64,000 bases of DNA from an uncultured Acidobacteriota bacterium (GCA_963702425.1 CAVPCQ010000040.1:64001-128000); one strand, 5' to 3'. Shown: positions 9,655-20,777, numbered from the stretch's first letter. Made by a program: numbers and translations. Notes: generated by a model from the sequence alone, not told the origin.

Positions 9655-12357
9655 TCAGCGGGAATCCTCATCGACTGGTCGGGGGCGGTCGGCCGCAGGC
9701 GGTGGGACCTGCTGCTGCCGGGCTACCCGACCGCTCCCGTGCGCCCGGCCGATCGCCGCGGCACCGGCGACGACGGCGCAGGCAGCGGCAGCCGCGCCGT
9801 CCGTAGCGGGAGCGGGAGCAGCGGCAAGCTCTGCGACGTGCTCGGCGACAGCCGCAGCAGCGGCGTGCTCGGCGACAGCCGCAGCAGCGGCGTGCTCGGC
9901 GACAGCCGCCACATCGACAGCGAGGCGGTCGTGCGCTTCCCGGCGCCCCCCGCCCGGCTCCTGCGGCTCGACCGGCTGGCCCTCGAGCTGCGCGTCGCGC
10001 ACGACCGCCTCGCGCGGCCGCTGGCCCGCGCCGCGGCGGCGTTCCTGGCCGCGAGAGCGTGGCGCGCCTGCGGCGCGGCCCGGCTCGAGGACCACGCCCG
10101 CGAACGGTTCGGCCGCACGGCGCGCTGGGTCCGGCAGTGGGCAGACCTCGGCGGCGCGCTCGCGCGCTGTCCGGAGCTGGCGTGCGCGCTCACAGGGGAC
10201 GACGGCGGGGTGCCGCTCGGCGCCGAAGCGGCGCGGCTGGTGGCGCGGGTGGTGGCTGCGGACGCCGACGGGGATTGCGACGCCCTGCTCGCGCGGTGGA
10301 TCGCGCGGGCCCGGGAGGTGCCGCTGCGCGTCCTGCGGGCCGAGGTGCGGGCCGCACTCGCGCGCGATGCAGGCGATGCGATCGTCGCAGTGGAAGGCGA
10401 AGCGGATGGTGCGGCCGAGGGCGGCTTCCCCAAGGTCGCCGCGAGCGCCGGCCACGTCGCCGGCGACCCCGAGCTCGACGACGAGCCGCGCTGCCTCGTC
10501 GAGTTCCGGCTCCCGGCCGCGATCCGCGCCGCCTTCGACGAGGTCGTCGACCTGCACCGCGCGCTCGCCGGGCGCGACGGATCGCTGGCCGAGGCGATCG
10601 ACGCGCTGCTCGCGGAATCCATGTCGGGGAGCCTGGCGCTCCCGGACGAGGGCCGGTTCGGCACGCCCGGCGTGTTCGGCGCGACCGGCGTGGTGGGCGC
10701 GCCTGGTGCGCCTCGGCGCGGTCGGCGCGGTCGGTGTGCTTGGCGCGCCTGGCGTGGTTGGCGCGGTTGGCGTGGTTGGCGCACCGGGTGCGGTCGGTGC
10801 GGTCGGTGTGGTTGGCGCGGTCGGCACGCCCGGGACACCGCGTGCGGCGACCGCGCATCGCGGCGGGAGCGACGCGCTGGGCCTCGCGTGGCGCCCGGCC
10901 GGGCGCCTTCACGCACGTGATTCCAAGCGGGAAGCGCGACTCGAGCGGGCTACCGCTCGCTGGGCCGCCCTGCCGCCTCTGACTCCCTCCGAGTTCACAC
11001 CCCGGCTCGACGACCTGTTGCGCCGCGCCGAGGCCTCGCTCGCCGAGTTCCGGCAGCTCGAAGCCTGTGCCGGCTACGGCGGCCCGCTTGCGCTCGATGA
11101 CCAGCTCTGCCGGCTCGTCCTGCTCGAGGACGCCCTGATGCGGCGCCTCGGCGAGATCGTGCGGGAGTTCTCCCGCCGCGGTGCGTGGGCCACGCTCGGC
11201 TTCGCCGGCATCGGCCACTACGCCGAGCGCCGGCTGGGCCTGCCGGCGACCGTCGTCGAAGACCGCGTCGCCGTCGCGCGCCGCCTCGCCCGCTTCCCGC
11301 TCCTGCGCGACGCCTACGAGCGCGGCGCGCTCGGGCTCGACGCCCTGCTCGTCGTCCTGCGCACGCTCGGCCGCGGGCCCGTCCCGGACGACGTGGAACG
11401 CGCCTGGCTCGCCCGCGCCCGCGAGGCCACCGTCAAGCGGCTGCGCGACGAGGCCCGGGCGCTCGCGCGGCGCGATCTCGAGCTGGCGCCGGAGGCCGCG
11501 GATGGGTCGCCTTGCCCGGACAGCGTGGTGGCCGCGGATGGGTCGCCTTGCACCTGGACAGCGTGGTGGCCGCGGACGGTGCACTGCCAGCGGATTGTGC
11601 TGTGCTCGCAGGCAGTCGAACATCCGCGGACGCGCGTCCGCTTGCGGACGGTCCTCTGCCCGCGGAGCGCGGCGCACCACCGCGCCCCCTTTCCGACACC
11701 GCCTGGGCCGCTTCGCTGCGCCGCGCTCCCGGCCTTGCGCGCCGCCGCGTGCTCCAGGCCGGACTGCTGGCACTCGAGCCCAGCCCGGACGTTTTCCTCC
11801 AGCTCCGCCTGCCGGAGTCGCTCGCCGACGACCTGCTCGCCGCGGTCGAGGCCGCACGGCGCGGCCTGACCGCGCTGGCCGACAGCGTCCCGTGGCAGCT
11901 GCCGTGGCCCGACGACGCAGCCCTCCCCTCCGTCCGTGCCGCCCGGATGTTTTCCGTCCGCGCCCGGCGCGCCCCGGCCTGGGTCGGGCTGCTCGCGCTC
12001 CTGGAGGAAGCCGCCTTCGCCTGGGACGACCCACGCGCTTTCCCCGAACGCGCCGCCGACCCGATCTACCGCCGCGACGGCTTCCGCTGCACGGCTCCCG
12101 GCTGCACCGCCCGCGCGACGATCGAAGAGCACCACGTCGTCTTCCGCTCGCGTGGCGGCAGCGACGACCCCGCCAACCGCGTCGCGCTCTGCGCCGCCCA
12201 CCACGCCGCGCTCCACGAGCACGGCACGCTCGCCGTCGCCGGAAGGGCACCGCTGGGGCTCACCTGGACCGCGGGTTCAGGGCTGGCGGCCCGGCGCTAC
12301 CGCTGCGAGCGGCGCCTGGCGGCCGCTACCCCAGCGCGCGCAGCTGCCCCGGCGTGA
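9652..12357 (+). CDS. Large DUF222-like/HNH endonuclease protein (about 900 aa; two frameshifts near 10710 and 11552)
   Basis: Joins ORFs 9652.., 9434..11869 (middle part) and 11185..12357 (C-terminus). C-terminal YRRDGFRCTAPGC...EEHHVVFRSRGGSDDPANRVALCAAHHAALH is a classic HNH. Two repeated helical domains resemble DUF222. Confidence 0.8.
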
Positions 12358-12829
12358 GGAACCACTGCAGCACGCCGGCCCCTTCCTTCGGCGCCCCGCC
12401 GAACTCGATCAGCGCCGCGCCCCCCTTCTTGAACCCGAGGAAGTGCCCCGCATAGCCGCAGAGCCAGAAGGCTGCGGCCTCTCCCAGGTCCGGCTCGTGG
12501 CCGACCAGCGCCACCGTCTCGGCGGTCCGCTGCCGGGCGAGCCATGCGCTCAGCGTCGCGGGGGTCCCGGACTGCGCCAGCAGAGGCGTCTCGACCGGTT
12601 CGAGCCCGCCCCACGCGCGCGCCAGGATCTCCGCGGTCTCGCGCGCCCGGACGAGCGGGCTCGTGGCCAGCAGCGTGACCTGCGGCTCGAGTGTCACCAG
12701 CCCGCGCGTCACGCGCTTCATCTTGTCGCGGCCGTCGGCGGTCAGCGGCCGCAGCCCGTCGTCGTCCGAGCGCTTGGCCCAGACCGCACGGTCCTCGGCG
12801 ATCGCGTGGCGGACCAGGATCAGCTTCAT
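12326..12829 (-). CDS. sixA: Phosphohistidine phosphatase SixA
   Basis: LVRHAIAE, RPLTADG, TSPLVRARETA, VGHEPDL, FKKGG motifs. Confidence 0.93.
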   Translation of the reverse strand: MKLILVRHAIAEDRAVWAKRSDDDGLRPLTADGRDKMKRVTRGLVTLEPQVTLLATSPLVRARETAEILARAWGGLEPVETPLLAQSGTPATLSAWLARQRTAETVALVGHEPDLGEAAAFWLCGYAGHFLGFKKGGAALIEFGGAPKEGAGVLQWFLTPGQLRALG

Positions 12830-12866
12830 CGCGTCGTTCTCCCGCGCCGGTCGGTGACGTCCGGCG

Positions 12867-14810
12867 TCAGTTGGCCTTCTTGCCGGACAGGACCTTTTGC
12901 GCTTCGATCCCCTCCGCCGAGGCGGGAGCCATCTGCACCACCTGTTGCAGATGGGAACGCCCCTCGTCGGTCCGACCCATGGCGATCAGTTCCATCCCCA
13001 GGCGCAGGTGGGCCTTGGGGTAGCGCGGGTTGATCTGGATCGCGCGCTGGAGCTGCGCGACTCCCTCGCCGTAGACGCGCTGCGCGTCCTCCATCCGGCC
13101 GTCGCGGCGCGCCTGCTGCGCCAGGTAGAGCGAGGCCAGCGCCCAGTTGTAGTAGGGCGTCGCGTACTCCGGGTCCTGCTCGAGCGCTCCCTTGAAGTGC
13201 TCGATCGCATCCTCGTAGCGGCCCAGACGGAGGTAGGCCGAGCCCAGGTTGTTGTGCGCCTTGGCCCGCCCCTCGCGGTCGTCGTAGTACTTCAGCGCCA
13301 GCGTGTACTCCTCGACCGAGGCCTCCGTCTTCCCCTGCGTCGCATAGGCGATTCCGAGGTGCAGGTGCGGGATCCCCTGCTCCGGCGACTTGACCACCGC
13401 GTCCTGCCAGAACGCGAGATCGCTCTGCCAGACCTCGGCCCGCTTGACCGTCGCCGCCGCGGCCGGGACCGCGATCAGCAGCGCCGCCCCGGCGACCAGC
13501 CCCTGCTGCAGCACGGGCTTCGCGTTCGGCAGCAGCCGTGCGGCCGCCCGCTCGCCGAGGAAGCCGAGCAGCAGCAGCGCCCCGGCGCTGGGGATGTAGA
13601 GGTAGCGCTCGGCGAGCGGCGTTTCGGAGATCGAGAAGAGCGCGATCGCCAGCGAAGGCGCCAGCGCGGCGTAGAACAGCCCGAGCGCGATCCCTTCGCG
13701 GCCCCAGCCCGCCTTCCGATTCCACAGCCAGAGCAGGAACACCGACACCGCGCCGATCGCGAGCCCGGCGAGGATCGCCGGCCAGCCCGGCATCTCGGCC
13801 ACGAAGGCCGACTGCGGCGGCGGCCAGAACAGCTTCTGGACGTACCAGCCGAGCGCGGCCGGCAGAGCCTCCGGGCCACCCGAGCCTTTCGACTGGAACG
13901 GGCTGCCCGAGGCGGCCAGCGCGCTGTTGCGGACGATCAGGTAGAGCGCGCCGACGGCCCAGAAGACTCCCCAGCGGACGAGGACCGCACCGAACCCATC
14001 GGACACCGCTGACGGCGCGCCTCCCTTGCCCCCCTTGCCGCCGCGGCCCGCCTTGGTACCCTTCGCCGCGGTGCGCTGCTCGAAGCGCCGCTCGGCACGC
14101 GTCTTGACCGCCGCCTCGCCGCTCAGTCCCTCCCCCGGTCGCGTGAAGAGGTCGATCAGCGGCACCAGCAGCAGCAGCCCGACGCCCGTCTCCTTCGCCA
14201 GCATCGCGCCGAACGCCGCCGCGCCGGCGGCCAGCAGCCAGCCCAGCTTGAGCGACGCGCGGTGCAGCAGGTAGCAGAGGATCGCGGCCAGGAAGAAGAC
14301 CGCGCAGACCACGTCGGACCGGCCCGCCATCCAGGCCACCGACTCGGTGTGGATCGGGTGGACCGCGAAGAGCAGCGCCGCGGCCGCGGAGCCCGCCAGC
14401 CCCGCCACCCCTTCAAACCCGGGTGGCCCCGGCCGGCCGGCGACCTTCGTCAGCACCACCCCCAGCAGGAACACCAGCACCGTCGCCACAGCGTGCCAGA
14501 GGATCGGCGTCGTGTGGTAGACGATCCGGCGCGCGTCGTCGCGCTTCTCGAGCGGCCAGAACGACGCTGCGACCTTCTCGTCGAGCTGGTAGGTCACGAT
14601 GATCAGCGGCCGATAGTAGTTTTCCCCGAACTGCGGGATCCCCCGGGGTGGGAAGAAGACGTTGCTGAAGCTGTCGAAGTACGGCAGCTGCTGCTGGAAG
14701 ACGATCGGATCGTCCCAGACGAACTCGTTGTCGCGCGCTCCCCAGAAGACGGCGACGGCCACCAGCGCCAGGACGAGCGCGACGAGCGTGACGAGCGCGG
14801 ACGGCTTCAC
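12867..14810 (-). CDS. TMTC-like multi-pass GT-C (protein O-mannosyltransferase-like) protein with C-terminal TPRs
   Basis: NEFVWDD, YYRPL, LFAVHPIHTESVAWMAGRSD, LAKETG, AERYLYIPS motifs followed by TPRs. GTG start at 14810 overlaps the upstream stop. Confidence 0.88.
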   Translation of the reverse strand: MKPSALVTLVALVLALVAVAVFWGARDNEFVWDDPIVFQQQLPYFDSFSNVFFPPRGIPQFGENYYRPLIIVTYQLDEKVAASFWPLEKRDDARRIVYHTTPILWHAVATVLVFLLGVVLTKVAGRPGPPGFEGVAGLAGSAAAALLFAVHPIHTESVAWMAGRSDVVCAVFFLAAILCYLLHRASLKLGWLLAAGAAAFGAMLAKETGVGLLLLVPLIDLFTRPGEGLSGEAAVKTRAERRFEQRTAAKGTKAGRGGKGGKGGAPSAVSDGFGAVLVRWGVFWAVGALYLIVRNSALAASGSPFQSKGSGGPEALPAALGWYVQKLFWPPPQSAFVAEMPGWPAILAGLAIGAVSVFLLWLWNRKAGWGREGIALGLFYAALAPSLAIALFSISETPLAERYLYIPSAGALLLLGFLGERAAARLLPNAKPVLQQGLVAGAALLIAVPAAAATVKRAEVWQSDLAFWQDAVVKSPEQGIPHLHLGIAYATQGKTEASVEEYTLALKYYDDREGRAKAHNNLGSAYLRLGRYEDAIEHFKGALEQDPEYATPYYNWALASLYLAQQARRDGRMEDAQRVYGEGVAQLQRAIQINPRYPKAHLRLGMELIAMGRTDEGRSHLQQVVQMAPASAEGIEAQKVLSGKKAN

Positions 14811-15619
14811 GGGCGGCCCTCCGGCCCGCGCGGGCGGCGGGCCACGACGATCAGGTTCTCGCCCCAGCCGGCCGGAATCAGCGGCCGCGCGAGAAGCACG
14901 GTGGCGATCGTCGGCAGGCTGAAGATCGCGTATTGCGGCAGCTTCGGCATCCACTTGAGGTACGGCATGTCCCAGGGCCCATCGGAGAAGGCGCGCTCCA
15001 CGGAAAGCCCGGCCGCGCGCGTCAGCCGCAGCCAGTCGCCGGCCTCGAGCAGCGAGACGTGCGTCTCGTCCTTGAAGGCGTACCACTCCGGACCGCGAAA
15101 GCGCCGGCCCGGCGAGCGCAGCTCCGGCACCGAGTAGAGCACGGCACCACCCGGTGCGAGCAGGCCGGCGATCCGCGCCAGCGCCTGGTCCGGCCGCGGC
15201 AGGTGCTCCAGCACGTACTTCGCCAGCACCAGGTCGAAGCCGCCCGCGGCGACCTCCGGCGGCAGCTCCCCCAAGACGTCGGCCACGAAGGTCCGCGAGC
15301 GCGGGGCGTTCTCTTTCGCGCGCCCGACGGCGTAGTCGGAGATGTCCACGCCAACCGTCTCGAACTCCCGCTCGAGCCAGGCCAGCGTGTAGCCGTGCGC
15401 GCAGCCGATCTCGAGCAGGCGCCGGCCGCCGGCCCGGCGCAGCAGGCGCCGCGCGAGCAGCGCGTAGTAGCGCACCGACCACCAGTGCAGGTTGAAGCGC
15501 TTCAGCTCGTCCAGCCCGAACTCGCGCTGGTAGTAGTCCTGCCCGAAGCGGCCCGGGCCCGCGCCAGGTCCCGGATCCGCGCCCGCGCCCGCGCCGGGAC
15601 CGCCAGCCGGCGCGTTCAC
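14807..15619 (-). CDS. Class I SAM-dependent methyltransferase
   Basis: LLEIGCAHG, GVDISDYA, FDLVLAKYVLEHL, LAPGG motifs; GTGA overlaps at both ends. Confidence 0.88.
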   Translation of the reverse strand: MNAPAGGPGAGAGADPGPGAGPGRFGQDYYQREFGLDELKRFNLHWWSVRYYALLARRLLRRAGGRRLLEIGCAHGYTLAWLEREFETVGVDISDYAVGRAKENAPRSRTFVADVLGELPPEVAAGGFDLVLAKYVLEHLPRPDQALARIAGLLAPGGAVLYSVPELRSPGRRFRGPEWYAFKDETHVSLLEAGDWLRLTRAAGLSVERAFSDGPWDMPYLKWMPKLPQYAIFSLPTIATVLLARPLIPAGWGENLIVVARRPRGPEGRP

Positions 15620-16832
15620 GGCCGCACCGCTGCGCGCGGTACGCGTCCCGCGACCTCGAGCTGGGCCAGCACCTCGCGCACCACGCGCTCCGGCTCGATC
15701 CGCAGCATGCAGACGTTCCCCTGGTTGCAGGGCGGCGTGTAGCCGTAGACCGTGCACGGCGAGCAGGGGGCGTCGGCGGCGATGCTGCGGAAGCGGTGGC
15801 CGGGCGGGCCCCACTTCGACAGAACGCCCGGTCCGAAAAGATGGACCGTGCGGGTCCCGACCGCGTAGGCCAGGTGCAGCACGCCGGTGTCGGCCGAAAC
15901 GTAGACGTCCACTTTCGACACGATGGCCGCGGCCTGGGCCAGCGTGCTCCTGCCGGCGACGTCGACGACCAGCTGCCCGGCGAGACGCGCGGCGACGACC
16001 GCAGCCGCCTTCACGTCCTCCCGCCCGCCGAGCACCGCAATCCCGACCCCCTCGCCGGCGAGGCGCGCGGCAACCTCGGCGTAGCGCTCGGGCGGCCAGC
16101 GCCGCTCGGGGATCGAAGCCCCGGGGTGGATCGCGACCAGCGGCCGGTCGCCGAGCGGTGCGAGCGCCTGGTCGGCGAAGCGGACCGCCTCCGTGTCGAG
16201 CGGCAGGAAGGGCTGCTCGGGATCCCAGTGCGGTTCGCGGCCCGTCGCCCGCCGCGCCAGTTCCAGGAACGAGCGCGCCTCGTAGATCGACTGGTCGTAG
16301 GGGAGCGGGTCGGTCAGCAGCCGGCGGCGAATGTTGGTGCCAAAGCCGATCCGCCGCGGTGCCCCGGTCAGGAACGCTACGATCGCCGACGCGCGGTGGT
16401 ACTGCTCGGTGTCGATGACGATGTCGTAGCGGGTGGCCAGCGCGCGCGGCAGGTCGCCCGGGAAGCGGTCGTAGAGCAGCACGCGGTCGACGAGGCCGAG
16501 GCCGCGCACCACGCCCGCGTTGCGCTTCTCGACCAGCAGGTCGATCTCGGCCTGGGGCCAGGCGCGCCGCAGCTCGGCCAGCATCGGGAGGAACAGCACG
16601 GCGTCGCCGATCCCGCCGGGGCGGATGACGAGCGCCCGGCGCGGCGGCGGGGGGGCGGTGCCGGCCTCTTCCACCTCCGGCCCCGGCGCCGGCCCCCGCC
16701 CCCGCCCGGCCCCCGCGCCGACTCCGGCAGCGGCACCGGCGCGCCGCGGCGCGCGAACGGGGCCAGCAGGGCCGCGATCGGCCAGCCGACGAGAGCGTCG
16801 CCGACCTTGAGGATGTCCGCCTTGAGACCCAT
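15616..16832 (-). CDS. Glycosyltransferase family 9 (heptosyltransferase-like); frameshift in the GC-rich linker near 16690-16720
   Basis: IRPGGIGDAV, HPGAS..RRWP, VSADTGVLHLA, LFGP. The N-terminus MGLKADILKVGDALVG (16832) is typical of GT9 but in another frame. Confidence 0.88.
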
Positions 16833-16951
16833 GCCGGCGCGCAGTTTACTGCGGCCGCCGGGGGGGCGCCCCGAATTGACCGATCGGTGGTCAGGGGGTA
16901 TCTAAGACTGGTGCGCGCGAGGCTGTTCACTCCCTTCCGGAGGCCCCTCTC

Positions 16952-18477
16952 ATGAGAAAGCTTCTCTCGGCTGCTGTCGCCCTCGTCCTCTCCGTGACCT
17001 TCTCCGCGACCCTCTCCGCCGCCGGCGACGACTCGGCCCGCCGCTACCGGCCGCAGCCGACACCCGCCCTGGTGTCGACCGCCGCCGTGCCGAAGTCGGT
17101 TCCCAACTCGAAGGGGCTGAAGACGAAGGACAACAACGTCTTCATCAACAGCAACGGCCCCAACGGCGACGCCGCGATCTGGTTCTGCGAACGACAGCAT
17201 GACCGGCGCTTCGATCTACTGGGACGCGGCCAGCACGCGCCTGGAGTGCAGCCACGCGATGGTCGCGATCAGCGGCGACGTCGGCGTGGAAGGCTACGGC
17301 AACACCTCGGGTGGCTACTTCGAGGACAACGACAACAGCGGCTACGCCTACGTCGCGGCCGGCGAGATGGGCATCGAAGGCTACGGCGCGGACGCCGGTG
17401 GCTTCTTCGCCGAGACCGGCAGCGGCAACCTCGACGGCTACGCCTACCTCGGCACGGTCGACACCGAGGGGCGCTACTTCGGGACGATCGCGTCGGGCAC
17501 CGGGGCGGGCGGCTACTTCATGGACCCGGACGGGGGCGGCGAGGCGTTCGTCGGCGTCGACGACACCGGGATCCTGGGGTTCGGTCCCTACGCCGGCGGG
17601 TCGTTCGAGACCTGGGACCTCGACGGCGACGGCTTCCCCTACGGCGACGCGCAGCTCGGGTACACCGAGGAGTACCAGGAGGGGCCGGCCTACTTCGGCA
17701 TCCGGGCCGGAGGTACCTCCGCGGGCGGCTATTTCGAGGACTACGACTCCGCAGCCTTCGCCGCGGTCGGGATCGATACCTACAAGGTCCAGGGGAGCGG
17801 CCAGGTGTCGTTCGTGCAGAACCACCCCGATCGAGAAGAACAAGGTCATCGTCTACACCGCGCCCGAGGGGGGCGAGGTCGCGACCTACACCCGCGGCAG
17901 CGGGAAGCTGGTCGACGGCGTCGCGCGCATCGCACTCGACCCGACCTTCGCGCTGGTGACGCACCCGGAGATCGGCCTGACCGCGCACGTCACCCCGCGC
18001 GGCGCCTGGAACGACCTCTACGTCGAGTCGCTGTCGACCGGCGAGATCGTCGTGAAGAGCCGCGACGCGGCGGCGAGCGGCGCGTTCGACTTCCTCGTCT
18101 ACGGCCTCCGGATCGGCTTCGAGGAGACGGCGGTCGTGCAGCCCAAGCGCGCCGAGGCGCCGATTCCGTCGATGGCCAGCCACCGGCGGATGCTCGAGCA
18201 GGAGCCCGCCCTCCGCAGCCAGACCGCGGCCGCGCGGTTCGCGGCGGCGCAGGGTCCGCTCGGCCTGGCCAAGGCGCAGGGCGCGGCGACGCCCGGGGCC
18301 GACGCGTTGCGGGCGGCGATCGGCGAGGGCAGCGCGAAGTCGAGCGCGGCCTCCCGCGCCGGGCAGCCGGCGCGCCCGGCGCGCCCCGTGGCAGCGGCGA
18401 CGGCGGCCAAGAGCGCGACGGCGGCCCAGCCGCGGCGCGGCGCGGCGCCGCCGGAGCGGGACGTGGCCCCCGAGTAG
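16952..18477 (+). CDS. Secreted Gly-rich beta-repeat fibre-like protein (frameshifts near 17186 and 17830)
   Basis: Signal peptide MRKLLSAAVALVLSV; GxxGYF-type repeats in ORF 17199; C-terminal SFVQNHP..VYTAPEGGEVATYTRGSGKLVDG domain in ORF 17311. Confidence 0.65.
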
Positions 18478-18483
18478 CCGACC

Positions 18484-19161
18484 TCAGATCCCGAGCAGCC
18501 CCGGCAGCTCCGCCAGGCTGGCGATGCGCACCGCGTCGCCGACATCGGCGTGGATCCCCCACGGGTCGAGCAGCACCGCGGGGATCCCCGCCGCGCGCGC
18601 GCCGGCGACGTCGTAGGCCGGCACGTCGCCGACGTAGAGCGCCTGCTCCGCGCCGGCGCCGAGCCGCTCGAGCGCGATCGCGAAGATCCGCGGGTCGGGC
18701 TTGGCGACGCCGACGAGGTGCGAGTCGACGACCGTCTCGAGGTAGGCGCCGAACCCCGCGGCGGCGAGGTCCTGCTCGACCTGCCCTTCGGCGTTGCTGA
18801 CCACCGCCAGCCGCCGGCCCGCGGCGTGCAGGCGCGCGACGACCTCCAGCGCCCCCGGGATCGGCCGCCGCCACAGCCCGCGCTCGTGGTGCGCGCGCCA
18901 CAGCGCGTCGAGTGCCGCGGTGTGCCCCGCCTCCGGCACGCCGACCTCGCCGAGAATCCGCCCGAAGTAGCCGTCCCACAGCGCGCGGCCCGCCACGCCG
19001 CGCCCCGCCGCCGCGGCGCCCCAGACGCGCGCGCGTCCCTCGGCCGCGTCGAGCGTGCTGTCGGCCGGAGCGGCATCGCCTGAGGCACCGGCGGCCGGCA
19101 GGTGCCGGCGGAGCTCGTCGTAGTCGAGCGTGATCAGCGTGCCGCCGGCGTCGAGCAGCAC
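18484..19161 (-). CDS. HAD-superfamily hydrolase
   Basis: LLDAGGTL, VVSNA, KPDPRIF, YVGD...DV motifs; the true start may be slightly upstream. Confidence 0.9.
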   Translation of the reverse strand: MLLDAGGTLITLDYDELRRHLPAAGASGDAAPADSTLDAAEGRARVWGAAAAGRGVAGRALWDGYFGRILGEVGVPEAGHTAALDALWRAHHERGLWRRPIPGALEVVARLHAAGRRLAVVSNAEGQVEQDLAAAGFGAYLETVVDSHLVGVAKPDPRIFAIALERLGAGAEQALYVGDVPAYDVAGARAAGIPAVLLDPWGIHADVGDAVRIASLAELPGLLGI

Positions 19162-19235
19162 GACCTCCCGGCGCGTGAGATCCGCGCGCGCTGGGGCGCC
19201 GCGGCGCTCACGGTGCGGTACTCACGGCGCTGGAT

Positions 19236-20723
19236 TCACGGCGCAGCGCTGACGGTGAGCTTCGCGTCGCCGGAGAGCTTGGCCTCGGCATAGGTCGTGC
19301 CGGCCCGCACCGCCGAGCGCGTCGCCTGCATCCGGCTCGTGCCCTTCGGCGCGATCTCGCAGCCGCTGGCGCTGACCCCCGGCGGCGGCGCCCCCGACTC
19401 GTCGACCCCCTCGGTCATCACCATGCACGGCGAGGGCAGCACGAGCCGCATCGCGGCCCGTCCGTCGAGCGTCAGCTGCGGGTGCATGCCCCGCGTCAGC
19501 ACCCGCAGGTCGATCTCGGTGTCGGTCGCCTTCAGCTCCGCCTTCCCGGTGACACCGCCGACCGCGATCTTGCCGCCGTTGGCCTTCGCGTCGAACGTGT
19601 CCAGCCCCTCGGCGGAGAACGCGCTCTGGTCGAGCTTGAGCGTCGTGCCGCGCCCGATCGACTTGACCTTCGCGTTGCTCGACTCCTCCAGCGTCAGGTC
19701 GAGGGCGTCCTTGACCCCCTCGATCTCGACCTCGGCGCCGTCGCGCGCGACGACCTTGGCCCGCCCGGTCAGTCCCTTCACGGACAGCGATCCGCCCTGG
19801 AGCTCGGCCGACAGCCCGCCGGGCAGCTCCTCGACGATCACTTCGCTCGACTCGCCCTTGAAGAAGAGCAGCGCGTTCTCGGTGCCGCTGCGGCGCGCCT
19901 CGAGCCGCGCGGAGACGCCGCTCAGCTGCACCGTCCCCTGCCATCCCTCGAGCGCGACGTTGGCGCTCTCGGCCTCGCCCTGCAGGCTGCCGCGGCCGCC
20001 GTTCACGGTCAGCGTCCCGCCGTCCATCGTGAAGCGCAGCGCGCCGTCGAGCTCGGCGACCTCGACGTCGCCGCCGTCGCCCTTGAAGCGCACGAGGCCG
20101 TGGTGCCGGCTCGCGACGAGCCGGGCGGAGTTCAGCTCGGCGAGCAGCGGCCCGCTGCAGTCCTCGAAGGTGAAGCGCGAGCCGCGCCCGGCCAGCGAGG
20201 CGCCGCTCGCACGGCTGACCCGCACGTCGGAGTCGTCGACCGCGATCCGCAGCTGCGCGGCCGCCGGGGCGATCGCCGCCTCGTCGAACATCGCGCCCGC
20301 GGCCGGGGCCTTGGCGGGATCTGCCTCCACCCGCCCCTCGACCGTCACCTCCAGCGACTCGCCGTTGATCGTCAGGACCAGGCCCGGCCGCGCGATGATC
20401 TTGATCGCGAGCCGCGGCGCGACGCTCTCCTCGCCGTGCGGCTGGGTGATCGTCAGGACGTTGTCGGCGCGCTCGAGCGTCACGAACCCTTCGGTGGCCG
20501 CGCCGTGCTCGAGGTCCTCGATCAGCAGCTGCGGTTCTTCCTCGGGGTCGAGCACCACCTCGATCCGCCCGCTCCGGATCTGGATCGTCAGCTTGGTGGT
20601 GTCGAGCTCGGCGTCGACGGGAAGCTCGACCCCCTCCCCCCGGGCGGCCGGGAGGGCGAGCAGGAGGGACAGGACGGCCAGGACGGCCGGCACGGCTGGT
20701 CTGGAGAGGTTCGGGCGGCGCAT
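19236..20723 (-). CDS. Secreted DUF4097-like beta-strand repeat protein
   Basis: Signal peptide followed by repeating short beta-strand/Gly units. Confidence 0.6.
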   Translation of the reverse strand: MRRPNLSRPAVPAVLAVLSLLLALPAARGEGVELPVDAELDTTKLTIQIRSGRIEVVLDPEEEPQLLIEDLEHGAATEGFVTLERADNVLTITQPHGEESVAPRLAIKIIARPGLVLTINGESLEVTVEGRVEADPAKAPAAGAMFDEAAIAPAAAQLRIAVDDSDVRVSRASGASLAGRGSRFTFEDCSGPLLAELNSARLVASRHHGLVRFKGDGGDVEVAELDGALRFTMDGGTLTVNGGRGSLQGEAESANVALEGWQGTVQLSGVSARLEARRSGTENALLFFKGESSEVIVEELPGGLSAELQGGSLSVKGLTGRAKVVARDGAEVEIEGVKDALDLTLEESSNAKVKSIGRGTTLKLDQSAFSAEGLDTFDAKANGGKIAVGGVTGKAELKATDTEIDLRVLTRGMHPQLTLDGRAAMRLVLPSPCMVMTEGVDESGAPPPGVSASGCEIAPKGTSRMQATRSAVRAGTTYAEAKLSGDAKLTVSAAP

Positions 20724-20777
20724 GGGCGGAAAGATACCGTCCCCCGGCTTGGGCCGCCCCCCGGAGGGGGTCGGATC

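Noticed and set aside
19208-19256. 14-bp imperfect periodicity (ctcacgg...) at the DUF4097/HAD junction
   Set aside because: Short and degenerate; no function can be supported.
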